Assembly (NCBI GenBank): GCA_963755125.1
Contig: CAVWIP010000018.1
Span: forward strand, 227,010 to 291,009
Direction: 5' to 3'
Length of the DNA stretch: 64,000 nt
DNA from: an uncultured delta proteobacterium
GTDB taxonomy: Bacteria > Myxococcota_A > Polyangia > Fen-1088
The position numbers and the translations under genes are program-made. Below the pieces are notes generated by a model. That model made no database searches and was not told where the DNA came from. It saw nothing but the letters and a program-made list of their open reading frames with translations. Positions 47,104-60,027 of this stretch are shown piece after piece (the stretch's first letter is position 1; each line of letters opens with the position of its first letter).

Positions 47104-48417
47104 CTACTTGCGCGCCTGCACCGGCGCCGGGGTCGGTCCCGCGTCCTCGGCGGCCAACTCGGCCAGCACCCGCATGGCAGCCTGGCGGCGGGTGCGACGG
47201 CTGTTGGCCGTGGCCGGGGACGGGGTGACGCCGGGCATCTGCGCGTCATTGCCTTCTTCTCCGGTCGCTTCGTGAAAATGGCCTCCCGTGGTTCGCCTGG
47301 GCTTGGATTGGGCAAGCGGTGCGGTCTGACCGCCGGCCGTCGACGTGCGGCCACTCCTCTCCGCGCTGGCCAGCGCCTGCAACGGCAGGGTGACCCGCCC
47401 CTCGCCATCATCGGGTGCAGGCGGCGCGGGCGATGATGCCCGGAAGGCCGGGATCACTTGTTTGAGCAGGTGTTCGCGCTCGACGCGCTCCTTGTCGATG
47501 GCTTCCTCAAAAATGGCCTGCATCAGCTCGACCACGCGCGCCGGATCTGTCCGTGGTGCGGTCTGGGAGATCACATCCGACAGCGCCAGTCGAAACTCCT
47601 CGGCGCTCTGGTAGCGCTGCTGGCGGTCGGGGGCCAGGGCGCGCATCACGACCTTGTCCAGCTCAGGCACAATCCACGGGGCGCGCGTCGAGGGGGGCGT
47701 GGGCTTGGGGTGACGGACCAGCGCCAGGCCGGCCGACGGATCCAGGCCGGAGATGGGCAAGTACTGGTGCCCGGTCAGCAGTTCCCACAGCACCACGGCC
47801 AGGGTGTACACGTCGGTGCGGGCGTCGGCCACCTCGCCTCGGGCTTGCTCGGGCGCGAGATAGGCGGCGCGCCCGAACACCACCCCGGGCTGGGTCTTCT
47901 CCTCCTTGAGCGCGCTGCGAGCCAGCCCAAAGTCGGTGAGTTTCACGTCGCCGTTGTAGCCGAGCAAAATATTGGGCGGCGCGATGTCCCGGTGGACCAG
48001 CTTGAGATCGCCGTAGCCGTGAACGTAGGCGAGAACCCGCGCCACCTCGCGCGCCACGTGCAACGCCACCTCAATGGGGATGCGCTGGCGCCTGCGCACG
48101 CAGCGATTCCACACCTCGCGCAGATCCTTGCCCTCGACCATCTCCATGGCGATGTAGAATTCCCCGTCCACCTCGCCCGCGTCGAAGGTGTTGACCAGCG
48201 CCGAATGATTGAGGCGCAGCACCACTTTGGCCTCGTCGAGAAAGCGCTTGGCCTTGCTCGGATCGGCTTGTTCCGACAAGACCTTCTTGATCACGCACAA
48301 CTTCTCAAAACCACCGATCTGCCCCAGGGCTGCCATGTAGATCTCGCCCATCCCACCCTTGGCCAGCGAGCGCAGCAGCAGGTACTTGCCGAAGCGGCGT
48401 GGGTAGTGCGTACTCAC
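47104..48417 (-). CDS. Ser/Thr protein kinase (cytoplasmic)
   Basis: 'LAKGGMGEIY', 'HRDIAPPN', 'DFGLA', 'YLAPEQ'. Confidence 0.92.
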   Translation of the reverse strand: MSTHYPRRFGKYLLLRSLAKGGMGEIYMAALGQIGGFEKLCVIKKVLSEQADPSKAKRFLDEAKVVLRLNHSALVNTFDAGEVDGEFYIAMEMVEGKDLREVWNRCVRRRQRIPIEVALHVAREVARVLAYVHGYGDLKLVHRDIAPPNILLGYNGDVKLTDFGLARSALKEEKTQPGVVFGRAAYLAPEQARGEVADARTDVYTLAVVLWELLTGHQYLPISGLDPSAGLALVRHPKPTPPSTRAPWIVPELDKVVMRALAPDRQQRYQSAEEFRLALSDVISQTAPRTDPARVVELMQAIFEEAIDKERVEREHLLKQVIPAFRASSPAPPAPDDGEGRVTLPLQALASAERSGRTSTAGGQTAPLAQSKPRRTTGGHFHEATGEEGNDAQMPGVTPSPATANSRRTRRQAAMRVLAELAAEDAGPTPAPVQARK

Positions 48418-48431
48418 GACGCCACCATCAG

Positions 48432-51305
<2,874 letters not shown>

Positions 51306-51381
51306 GGACAGCAGCGTGCTCGCGCCGGATGTTATTGGAACCAGGCCGAAATTCCTAGGAGCGTATGCGGAAAACTTCGGG

Positions 51382-53841
51382 TCACCGCAAGCAGACGGCC
51401 ATGACCTGCTTCACGTCGGTCTTGCCCGCAATAGCCTTCTCGATGCCGTCCTGGAGCAAAGTTGTCATGCCCCCAGCCACGGCGAGCCGCCGAACCTCCT
51501 CGACCGGCGCGCGTTTGGCGATTGCCACCTTGATCGCGTCGTCGTTCACCAGCAGCTCATGCACCGCAATACGCCCCTTGTAGCCAGTCTTGGAGCAGGC
51601 CTCGCATCCCACGCCTTGCCAGAGCTTCACCCGGCCGCGGGCAAGGCCACGACGGGCAGCCTCCTCCTCACCAAATGCCTGTATGATCTCATCGACCTCG
51701 TTGTCCGGCGCGTCGTACTGCTGGCGGCACTTCTTGCACAGCCCGCGGGTCAAGCGCTGTGCCAGCACGCCCAAGAGAGCGTCGGCAAAGCTGAACGGGT
51801 CCAGCCCCATGTCGATGAGGCGGGTTATGGTTTCCGGCGCGCTGTTGGTGTGCAGAGTGGAGAGCACCAGGTGGCCGGTCAGCGACGCCTCGACGCCGGT
51901 GCTGGCGGTTTCGGTGTCACGCATTTCGCCGACCATGATGACGTCCGGGTCGGCACGCAGAAAGGCGCGCATGGCCGAGGCGAAATCGAGGCCGATCTTG
52001 GCCTGCACCTGCACCTGGCGCAGACCCGCCTGGGTGATTTCCACCGGATCCTCGGCCGTCCAGATCTTCATATCGGTGGTGTTGATGCTGCCGAGCGCCG
52101 AGTGCAGAGTCGTGGTCTTGCCGGAACCGGTGGGCCCTACGCACAGGACCAGACCGTAGGGCTTAGCCAGAAGCTTCCTCATCTCGTCGAGGTTGCGCGG
52201 ACTCATGCCCATCTCGTCCAGCGGCAGCGGCTTGGAGGCGGCCAGGATGCGCATGACGACGTCTTCGTTCCCGTTGACCGTGGGCAGGGTGGCGACGCGC
52301 AACTCGATGGTGCGGTCGTGCATGCGGAACTTGATCTTTCCGTCCTGGGGCTTGCGCCGTTCGGAAATGTCCAGCTTGGCCATGATCTTGAATCGTGCCA
52401 CCAGCGGATTGCGAAAAGCGGGCGGAACTTCCTGATACTTCACGCAATCGCCGTCGATTCGGAAGCGGATGCGGGTGTTGTCCTCCTTGCCATAGGGCTC
52501 GATGTGGATATCGGATGCGCCCCGCTGGAAGGCGTCGATGATGACCTGATTGGCCAGCTTGATGATGGCGCTGTCCGACTCCTCACCTTCCACTTCATCG
52601 TCGCCGGGCTCGTCGATCGCGCCCGCGCCCTCGTCGTCGGTCAGCTCCTTGAGCAAGACATTGACGTCCGGCCGCAGGCCATACGAGGCCTCGATGCAAG
52701 CCGCGATCTCGTCCTTGAGGCCGACGTGAAACACCACTTCACGATCGGTCTCGATGGCGCGCAGGGCATCGCAGCGGGAGAAATCCGCCGGGTCGTCGAT
52801 GACCACGATGAGCTTCGAGCCGCGACGCTCGATGGGCACGGCGCCCATCTTCTTCAGGTACTCGATGCGCAGGCGGCCGCGCAGATCCTCCGGGATCCGC
52901 TGGTTGCCGGTGAACCGGTAAAAGGGCGCGTTGTAGTAGGTCGAGAGCGCCTTCTCGACCTCGGCACGATTCAACCCCGCCTTATCGATGAGATAGCGGG
53001 CAGCATCTTGATCGGATTTCTCCGCCGAGGAGAGCGCCTTCTGCAGGGTTTCAAGCGGCACAATGCCGCCCTCGACGAGCGAGTCCCACTTGCCGGCCGG
53101 TTTCTTGCGCGCCCGCTCCGGCTCGACTACGCCGGCTTTCGCTTCGGGCGTGGGGGCGCCTTTCTTGGGCTGCCCGGCGGCCGGCGCGACGGGCGTGGTG
53201 CGTGCACCCACGGTCGCGCTGCGGGGCACGGGCGTGGTTGCAGCAGGCGGAGGCGCCGGCGGAGGTGCGGCCACTTCGCGCGGCCCGAGCAGCCGGGACA
53301 AGGCTTTCGCCATGGCCCGAGATAGGTCGCCGGCGTAGACCAGATCGCGCGGCACGAAGAGCCCGGATTCATCTTGGCGATTGACCACCAGCACGACACC
53401 GAAGGGCAGATCGCCGACCAGCAGTGGCGCCACGATGGCGCCCCGGATGGTGAGCCCCAGCCAACGGTCCAGCCGGTCGTCGGGCCGCAAGCGCGGATGC
53501 AGGCGCGCTAGTTCGTTGGCATCGTTGAGGTCTTTGAAGCTGAGTGGAGCTTTGGCGGCGTAGGCGAAGCCGATCGCGTTGGTCGGATCGCGCGGCAGTT
53601 GCAGCTCGCGCGCGGAGCCTTCGACCCAAGCCACGGCCCGTAGCTGACCTTGGGCATCGGACATGAACAGCGTGGTCCGTTCCGCGTTCAAGAATGCGCT
53701 GGTGCGATCGGTGACCTCGAACAAAAGGTCATCCAGGGTGGACACGGAGCCGATGTGGGCGACCAACTCCGCAAGACGGGCGCGCTTGTCAGTCTGGCCA
53801 GACTGGTCACCGAGTTGCTTGAGCCATGTAGCAGCATCCAT
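51382..53841 (-). CDS. GspE/PilB family secretion ATPase with N-terminal GAF domain
   Basis: GAF region; 'ASDIHIEP', '[11 protein letters not shown]', 'EDPVE', '[15 protein letters not shown]', '[11 protein letters not shown]', CKKC...CEAC. Confidence 0.92.
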   Translation of the reverse strand: MDAATWLKQLGDQSGQTDKRARLAELVAHIGSVSTLDDLLFEVTDRTSAFLNAERTTLFMSDAQGQLRAVAWVEGSARELQLPRDPTNAIGFAYAAKAPLSFKDLNDANELARLHPRLRPDDRLDRWLGLTIRGAIVAPLLVGDLPFGVVLVVNRQDESGLFVPRDLVYAGDLSRAMAKALSRLLGPREVAAPPPAPPPAATTPVPRSATVGARTTPVAPAAGQPKKGAPTPEAKAGVVEPERARKKPAGKWDSLVEGGIVPLETLQKALSSAEKSDQDAARYLIDKAGLNRAEVEKALSTYYNAPFYRFTGNQRIPEDLRGRLRIEYLKKMGAVPIERRGSKLIVVIDDPADFSRCDALRAIETDREVVFHVGLKDEIAACIEASYGLRPDVNVLLKELTDDEGAGAIDEPGDDEVEGEESDSAIIKLANQVIIDAFQRGASDIHIEPYGKEDNTRIRFRIDGDCVKYQEVPPAFRNPLVARFKIMAKLDISERRKPQDGKIKFRMHDRTIELRVATLPTVNGNEDVVMRILAASKPLPLDEMGMSPRNLDEMRKLLAKPYGLVLCVGPTGSGKTTTLHSALGSINTTDMKIWTAEDPVEITQAGLRQVQVQAKIGLDFASAMRAFLRADPDVIMVGEMRDTETASTGVEASLTGHLVLSTLHTNSAPETITRLIDMGLDPFSFADALLGVLAQRLTRGLCKKCRQQYDAPDNEVDEIIQAFGEEEAARRGLARGRVKLWQGVGCEACSKTGYKGRIAVHELLVNDDAIKVAIAKRAPVEEVRRLAVAGGMTTLLQDGIEKAIAGKTDVKQVMAVCLR

Positions 53842-54012
53842 GGTGCGTCCTACACAACATCGTCACCATTACCCATGTACCTGAGTTGATGAGAATCGGT
53901 CTCTTGCACACCAACGACCACCTGCGCCTACCTCTCCGACGAGGGGGCCTTCGTTCCGTGCTCCTGGCGTGGTAGCTTGAGATGTTTATTCCGTGAGTGG
54001 AAGCAGATAGCG

Positions 54013-55239
54013 ATGCAAGACGAGAATATCCTCGTCGTAGACGACAGCCCCACGATCCTGAAGCTCGTCGAGATGACGCTGGCCAAGGCGGGCTTCCGCG
54101 TATCGACTGCGGATTGCGGCGAGTTGGGTATCCTGGCAGCAACCGAAAGGCCGCCGGACCTACTGCTGCTCGACTACCTTCTGCCCGATCTGAATGGCGA
54201 CGACGTGTGCCGGGCCATCTCGGGAAACGTGGCCCTGTCCACCGTGCCCGTGGTCGTGATGAGCGCCAAGGGCGAGGAGGCGGGCGCCTGTTTCTCCAAC
54301 CTAGCCAGCGTGGTCGATATATTGCCCAAGCCTTTCTCGCCCGACGCGCTCCTTGCGGTGGTGCACCACGCCCTAGAGAAGCACCGCAAGCAACCGACGC
54401 CCGTGTCCGGCGAGTCGCCCGACAGCTTGGATGTGGTCGGGCTGCTGCCAAAAGCACAAGAAGGCAAGCCCGCGGGCTTGCCCATCGGGCCAGACGGCGC
54501 CGCATTGCTGGGTGATCTGGCGGTCGTGTCGATCGCCGACGTGCTGCTCTTGCTGCAGGACCGTCAGCATTCCGGTGCGCTCCGTCTCATGGGCAAGGAG
54601 GCAAACATCGATATTTGCGTGAACAAAGGCCGCATCGATTTCGCGGGTGCCCAGGGCGTGGCGGATGAGTTCCTGCTGGGGCATTTTCTCGTGCGCGGTG
54701 GACAGATCGAACGGGCCCAGTTGGATGATGTCCTGGCCGAAAGACGCGCGGCCCCGGGTGCAGGACTGCTGGGTGCCGATCTGTGCCGGCGTGGCCTGAT
54801 CACCGAGGCCGGACTGCGCAGAGCCATGGCGCAACAGACCACCGCCCTGGTGTTCGAGGGGTTGCGCTGGGGCGAGGGACACTTCTCCTTCCACCCTGCG
54901 GCCGAGCCCTCGCCGGCTGCTCGCGAAGCAAGCCTGGGCCTGCCCATCGACGGGCTCATCATGCAGGGCCTCCGACGCGTCGACGAGTGGCGCGTGATCG
55001 GACAAGAGATCGACAACTTCGACATGGTCTTCGTTCGCAACGAGGACAAGATCGCGTCGTTCGACGACCGCCGGCTGCTGCGCGAGGAGGCGGCCATACT
55101 TGAGATCGTCAACGGAAAGAACACCGTGCGCGACATCATCCAGCTGTCCAAGATGGGCTCGTACGATGTGACCCAGGTGCTGTTTCGGCTCCTGCGCTGC
55201 AAGTTCATTCGCAGACGCGTGGCGCCGATGGTGGGGTGA
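54013..55239 (+). CDS. Response regulator with DUF4388 (PatA-N-like) domain
   Basis: REC 'ILVVDDS...LLLLDYLLP...KPF'; 'LLGDLAVVSIADVLLLL...SGAL...WGEGHFSF...GLRRVDEW'. Confidence 0.85.
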   Translation: MQDENILVVDDSPTILKLVEMTLAKAGFRVSTADCGELGILAATERPPDLLLLDYLLPDLNGDDVCRAISGNVALSTVPVVVMSAKGEEAGACFSNLASVVDILPKPFSPDALLAVVHHALEKHRKQPTPVSGESPDSLDVVGLLPKAQEGKPAGLPIGPDGAALLGDLAVVSIADVLLLLQDRQHSGALRLMGKEANIDICVNKGRIDFAGAQGVADEFLLGHFLVRGGQIERAQLDDVLAERRAAPGAGLLGADLCRRGLITEAGLRRAMAQQTTALVFEGLRWGEGHFSFHPAAEPSPAAREASLGLPIDGLIMQGLRRVDEWRVIGQEIDNFDMVFVRNEDKIASFDDRRLLREEAAILEIVNGKNTVRDIIQLSKMGSYDVTQVLFRLLRCKFIRRRVAPMVG

Positions 55240-55730
55240 TTGTGGCGACGGCCTCCAGCCTGGACGTGGTCTTCTTCCACCTGCGCGGGTTGCGTTGCGC
55301 TCTGGCCGCGAGCGTCGTGCGTGAGATGTTGCCCATGCCCGGCCTCACGCCGGTGCCGCTGGCCCCACCCGTACTGCGCGGGATTGCACCTCTGCGTGGC
55401 CAGATCCTGCCGGTTCTGGATCTGGGTGTGTATTTTCCGCAGGCAAGCGAGGCGCATGGCGACGGCATGCCCGATCCCATGACGGCCGAGAAGATCATCC
55501 TGATCGAGACTGCACCTGACGCCAACACGCCCGCCATTTCCGCCGCGTTGGCCGTGGAACGTCAGGTACGGGTGGGCCGGGTCGACGAGCAGCACAGCCG
55601 GCCGCCGCCCCCGCGGCCTCTCTTTCTCGCCGCCACGGTGCTCGACGCCGACGGCCCTGCCCTGCTGATCAGCGCCCAGCAGGCCATCGATCACGTTCGC
55701 CAGGCCATCAGCACGGTGACAAGTCCATGA
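55236..55730 (+). CDS. cheW: CheW-like coupling protein
   Basis: 'LTPVPLAPPVLRGIAPLRGQILPVLDL'; GTGA overlap. Confidence 0.85.
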   Translation: MIVATASSLDVVFFHLRGLRCALAASVVREMLPMPGLTPVPLAPPVLRGIAPLRGQILPVLDLGVYFPQASEAHGDGMPDPMTAEKIILIETAPDANTPAISAALAVERQVRVGRVDEQHSRPPPPRPLFLAATVLDADGPALLISAQQAIDHVRQAISTVTSP

Positions 55731-56548
55731 ATAGAAGCAGTGGAATGGAGATGCTCCTGCATGTGGTGAACGCCGCCAAGGGTGGCGATCTGACGGTGCG
55801 CACCGAAGTGACCACCCCCACTCTGTTACCCCTGGCCCACGCACTGAACGAGATGCTGGAAGCGCTGGGCCGGCATGCCAGCCAAATCGCGGGCAGCGCC
55901 GCCCATACCCTGTCGGCTGCGGAAGGGCTCAAGCGCGCCAACCAGATGATAACCGACGGCGTGTCTCGCCAGCAGACGGCCATCGCCGAAATCGCGCGCA
56001 AGTTGAAGGCGCTGGAGGCACGTTCCGACGAGATCGGCCAAATCGTGGACCTGTTCGACGACGTCACCTCGGAAACCAATATCCTCGCGCTCAACGCAGC
56101 CATCGAGGCCACGCGGGCGGGCGGGCAAGGCAAGGCTTTCGGCCTGGTGGCCGAGGACGTGCGCAAGCTGGCCGAGCGCTCGGCCGCAGCCACCAAGGAC
56201 ATCGGCGCCTTCATTCAGACCATCGTGAACTCAACCAGCGAAGCCAACCACAGCATCGAGGAGATTAGCCGGGTGGCCGACACGCTGGCGGCATCTGCCG
56301 CTCAGGCAGGACGCGACGCCGCATCGCTTGCCAGCGCCGTGCAAGAGTTGACCCACGCGCTGACCCGGCTGCGCTTCGCCGGCCAAGACGAGGCCGATCT
56401 CACGCGTGCCCTGCGTGAACGGCGCGCTGAGATCACCGGACTGTTGGCACCGCTAACGCCACTGCTCGACAACGCCAATGCGCCGCTCGGCGATGCGCTC
56501 CGCCGGGTACTGGCTGTGCTGGCCGACAGCGCGACGAGCGAAGGTTAG
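55727..56548 (+). CDS. Short cytoplasmic methyl-accepting chemotaxis protein
   Basis: HAMP-like 'GDLTVR'; hairpin tip 'ETNILALNAAIEATRAGGQGKAFGLVAEDVRKLAERS'; no TM or sensor domain. Confidence 0.88.
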   Translation: MNRSSGMEMLLHVVNAAKGGDLTVRTEVTTPTLLPLAHALNEMLEALGRHASQIAGSAAHTLSAAEGLKRANQMITDGVSRQQTAIAEIARKLKALEARSDEIGQIVDLFDDVTSETNILALNAAIEATRAGGQGKAFGLVAEDVRKLAERSAAATKDIGAFIQTIVNSTSEANHSIEEISRVADTLAASAAQAGRDAASLASAVQELTHALTRLRFAGQDEADLTRALRERRAEITGLLAPLTPLLDNANAPLGDALRRVLAVLADSATSEG

Positions 56549-56562
56549 CCGAATTTTGCACC

Positions 56563-58914
56563 ATGGCAGCGCCCGAAAAGGACGGCCCGGACAGCAGCGC
56601 GCGCGACCCGCTGGGTGACTGGAACGCGAGCGACGCCGAACTGCTTCGCGGCCTGTTTCTCGACGAGGCGGAAAAGCACCTGCGCCACATCGCCGAGGCG
56701 AAGCGGGCGCTGGCGCGCGCTGCCGAGGCCAACTTGCAGGTGGACCCCCAGCTCGTGGATGCCTTGTTTCGCCATCTGCACACGCTCAAGGGTGCGGCGG
56801 GCTCGGTGGCCCACGACGCCATCGCACGAGCCGCGCACGAACTGGAAGAGCTGTGCGCCGAGATGCAGACCGGGAAACTCGCGCCCACCTTCGGAATCCT
56901 GGAGCGCATCGACGAGGGCATCTCCTCCCTGCGGGCGCTGTTGACCAGCGCCCGCCTGGCGGCCCCAGCCCCGCGTGGCGCCGATCCACTGGAGCCCGTC
57001 GCCGTGCCGCCAGGGACGACGGAGCGCCGCCGACAAAACGACCGGCGCGCCGTGGCCGATCGGCGCGCGAGCGGCGAGGGCATGCTACGGGTCGAGGCCG
57101 AGCGGCTGGATGTGATGCTCGACGGCGTGGGCGATCTGGTCATCCTGCACACGCGTCTCGATCGGCGCGGGCATGAACTGGAGAGTGTGCTGCGTGACCT
57201 GCGCGTCGCCCGCGAACGCATGCGGACCACCTTGGGCGAACTCGGGGCGGGCTTGACAACATCCACATGGGAACCCTCGAAGGGTTCCCGTGCCCTCCCG
57301 CGATGGTCCGCCGCCGGCGGAGCCGGCGGGCTCCCCGTGCGATACGGCCAGGACGAGAAGACGCGCCTGCTCGACCGCCTGGGCGAGGTGGAAGTTGCGC
57401 TCGCCAACTTCGCGTCCTACCTGGACCGAACCGCTCGTGCGCTGGCGGCCGACGCGGGCTCCATGCGCCACACTGCGGAGCAACTTGAAGAGCAAATCCG
57501 TCGCGCGCGTCTCGTGCCCATGGAATGGCTGTACAGCCGGCTCGGATCGGCTATGCGCGAATTGGAGCGCAGCTGCCGCCGTCCGGTGGAGATGGTCGTC
57601 ACAGGTGGTGAAGTCGAGTTGGACAAAGGACTGGTCGACCAGCTCGCCGACCCCTTGCTTCACCTTCTGCGCAACGCCCTGGCCCACGGAATCGAGTCGC
57701 CCGAGGTACGCGCCGGGCGCGGCAAGCCCGCGCGGGGTCGCATCGAGATCAAGACCGTGCAGGAGGCCGACACTGTCGTCATCACCTTCGAGGACGACGG
57801 GGGCGGTATCGATCGGGAGGCGGTCCGACAGACCTTGCTGCGCGCCGGCCGCCGGGACGCGGCTGCCACGCTCGATGACGAGGGCTTGGTCATGGCTGTG
57901 TTCGAGCCGGGGTTCTCCACCCGACCCCATTCCGACTCGCTGGCCGGTCGAGGCATGGGTCTCAACATCGTCGAGCGCACCGTGGCGCGCATGGGAGGCG
58001 AAGTGAAGCTGGAGTCCCAGGCGGGCGCCTTCACGCGCTTTCGCCTCTCGGTGCCGCTCACGGCCACGATCACGCAGGCCCTGCTCTTCAAATTGGGCGG
58101 ACAGGTATACGTCGTGCCGGCTGCCTACGTCGTCGAGGCGCTGCCAGTAGGCCCCGACATGCTGGCCGGCAATTCCCTGGTGACGTTCATGCCGCCCAAC
58201 CAGACCGCCGGGAATGCACCGTCCCTGCCTCTGCTGCGCTTGCATGCCTTGCTGGGCGTCGAGTTGCCCCCGGGCCGGCGCGCGGCGGCCTTGCACGTGC
58301 GCTATGGCGGCCGCGACTTCGTCTTCACCTGCGACAAGGTCATCGGCCCGCGCACCGTCGTCATCCGACCGGCGGGTCCGCTGCTCGGGCTGATTCCGCT
58401 GTATGCCGGGGTGACGGCGTCGGGAGCCGGCAAGGCGCAACTGGTGCTGGACCTGGGCACGCTCGCGGAGGCGGCCTTCGGGCCCCCGCGCGTGGCGCCA
58501 CCCGGGCCGCGGCGAGGACAACCTCGCGTGCTCATCGTCGACGACTCGCGCATGGCGCGCGAAAGTGCATCACGCTTGCTTTCCGCCGGTGGCTACCAGA
58601 CCGTCACCACGGAGGATGGCTGGGATGCGTGGGAGATGTTGGGCGAGCGGCGGTTCGACGCGGTGGTGACCGGGTTGGAAATGCCACGCGTGGACGGATT
58701 CCAGTTGATCGCGCGGATCCGGCACGAACCGACCTTGCGCGGCCTGCCCATCGTGGTTCTCTCGTCGCGCACCTCGCAGTCGACCCGCCAGCGCGCGTTG
58801 GCCGCGGGCGCTAGTATCTTCTTGCCTAAATCGCGCCACAAACGCAGCCTGCTCGAGGCTGTCACCTCGTGCCTGCGCGAACAGGCGTTGCCGCCGGCCG
58901 TCGATCGCCGATAG
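56563..58914 (+). CDS. cheA: CheA-REC hybrid histidine kinase
   Basis: Hpt 'RHLHTLKGAAG'; N box 'HLLRNALAHGIE'; 'DDGGGID', 'FEPGFST', 'GRGMGL'; CheW domain; C-terminal REC. Confidence 0.93.
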   Translation: MAAPEKDGPDSSARDPLGDWNASDAELLRGLFLDEAEKHLRHIAEAKRALARAAEANLQVDPQLVDALFRHLHTLKGAAGSVAHDAIARAAHELEELCAEMQTGKLAPTFGILERIDEGISSLRALLTSARLAAPAPRGADPLEPVAVPPGTTERRRQNDRRAVADRRASGEGMLRVEAERLDVMLDGVGDLVILHTRLDRRGHELESVLRDLRVARERMRTTLGELGAGLTTSTWEPSKGSRALPRWSAAGGAGGLPVRYGQDEKTRLLDRLGEVEVALANFASYLDRTARALAADAGSMRHTAEQLEEQIRRARLVPMEWLYSRLGSAMRELERSCRRPVEMVVTGGEVELDKGLVDQLADPLLHLLRNALAHGIESPEVRAGRGKPARGRIEIKTVQEADTVVITFEDDGGGIDREAVRQTLLRAGRRDAAATLDDEGLVMAVFEPGFSTRPHSDSLAGRGMGLNIVERTVARMGGEVKLESQAGAFTRFRLSVPLTATITQALLFKLGGQVYVVPAAYVVEALPVGPDMLAGNSLVTFMPPNQTAGNAPSLPLLRLHALLGVELPPGRRAAALHVRYGGRDFVFTCDKVIGPRTVVIRPAGPLLGLIPLYAGVTASGAGKAQLVLDLGTLAEAAFGPPRVAPPGPRRGQPRVLIVDDSRMARESASRLLSAGGYQTVTTEDGWDAWEMLGERRFDAVVTGLEMPRVDGFQLIARIRHEPTLRGLPIVVLSSRTSQSTRQRALAAGASIFLPKSRHKRSLLEAVTSCLREQALPPAVDRR
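57257..57343 (+). repeat. 87-bp double-hairpin element inserted in frame in cheA
   Basis: 74/87 identical to the intergenic copy; 29 codons; encodes about 'TSTWEPSKGSRALPRWSAAGGAGGLPVR'. Confidence 0.9.
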
Positions 58915-58920
58915 GCGGCA

Positions 58921-58947
58921 ACCGGGACGACCGCAGGTCACCCCTAC
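58921..58947 (-). repeat. GTAG-type REP sequence, copy 2
   Basis: Minus strand GTAGGGGTGACCTGCGGTCGTCCCGGT, 25/27 identical to copy 1; its TAG is the stop of the nucleotidyltransferase. Confidence 0.75.
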
Positions 58948-59960
58948 GTTGTCTGAGGCGGCGGGGTGGTCTCGGCGAGAAAAGGACCCTCGGGGGCCAC
59001 GATGGTTCCCGCCACGTTTCCATGCGCGGTCGCGCCCGGCCACACCACGCTGCGGACCACCTGCGCGCCGGCCGACACGCGGCCACCGTCGCACACCACC
59101 GCCCACGGCCCCACCACCGCGGCAGCCTCGACCACCGCCCCGGCCGCCAGTCGAACCGGCGGCACGATGCGGGCCGAGGCATCGACCTGCGCGCGGGGAT
59201 CCACTCCCACCAGAGGCCCGGGCGGATGGGACAGCAGGGCGGGGTTGGCAAGCAAGGCCAGGTTGCCGGCGAGATAGCTCTCGGGGGTGGAATGCTCGGC
59301 GAAGTAACCGGTCATGGTCATGGAGCCGATGCGATCTCCCGCCCTGAGCGCCGGAAGGTAAGCGTCTCCGATCAGGTCGGACACCCCCGCAGGCAGGCGA
59401 TCGAGCAACGCCGGTTCGATCACGTGGATGCCGGTGAACATGCGCGGGGCGAGGGCCACGTGGACAGCGCCTCCCTCGTGCTGGCCCCGGATGCTCATCA
59501 CCTGGCCGTCCGCATCCACGCTGACGGGCGCCCACAGTTCGGGATGAGGATCCGCGCGCAGGACCATGGTGGCCACCGTTCCCCGCGGCGCCTGAACGTG
59601 GGCTGCGATGACCGCACGCAGGTCCACATCAGCCGCGACCTTGCCGTTGATGACGAGCACCGGTTCAGAAGAAAACAGCGAACGAGCCTTGCCCACCCCG
59701 CCGCCCGTGCCCAGCAACTCGTCCTCGACCGAGTAGCGCAGGTTCACGCCGAACTGCGAGCCATCGCCCAGGGTCTTGCCCAGCTTGTCGCCGTGGTGGT
59801 GCAGGTTGATCACGATATCGTGCAGGCCGGCTTGCCGACACAGCGCCAGGGCATAGCTGATCGCGGGATGGCCACACACGGGAAGCAGCGGTTTGGGAAG
59901 AGCCAGGCCGAGAGTGCCGAGACGAGTGGAACGGCCAGCCGCAAGAATCATCACCTGCAT
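58944..59960 (-). CDS. NDP-sugar pyrophosphorylase (mannose-1-phosphate guanylyltransferase-like)
   Basis: 'ILAAGRSTRL...PKPLLPV', 'LLGTGGG', C-terminal hexapeptide repeats. Confidence 0.9.
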   Translation of the reverse strand: MQVMILAAGRSTRLGTLGLALPKPLLPVCGHPAISYALALCRQAGLHDIVINLHHHGDKLGKTLGDGSQFGVNLRYSVEDELLGTGGGVGKARSLFSSEPVLVINGKVAADVDLRAVIAAHVQAPRGTVATMVLRADPHPELWAPVSVDADGQVMSIRGQHEGGAVHVALAPRMFTGIHVIEPALLDRLPAGVSDLIGDAYLPALRAGDRIGSMTMTGYFAEHSTPESYLAGNLALLANPALLSHPPGPLVGVDPRAQVDASARIVPPVRLAAGAVVEAAAVVGPWAVVCDGGRVSAGAQVVRSVVWPGATAHGNVAGTIVAPEGPFLAETTPPPQTT

Positions 59961-60027
59961 GGATGGCCATTATTCCACATTGCAGCCCCGCGGCTGAAAG
60001 ACTGCACTGTGATAGGCTGATTCCACC

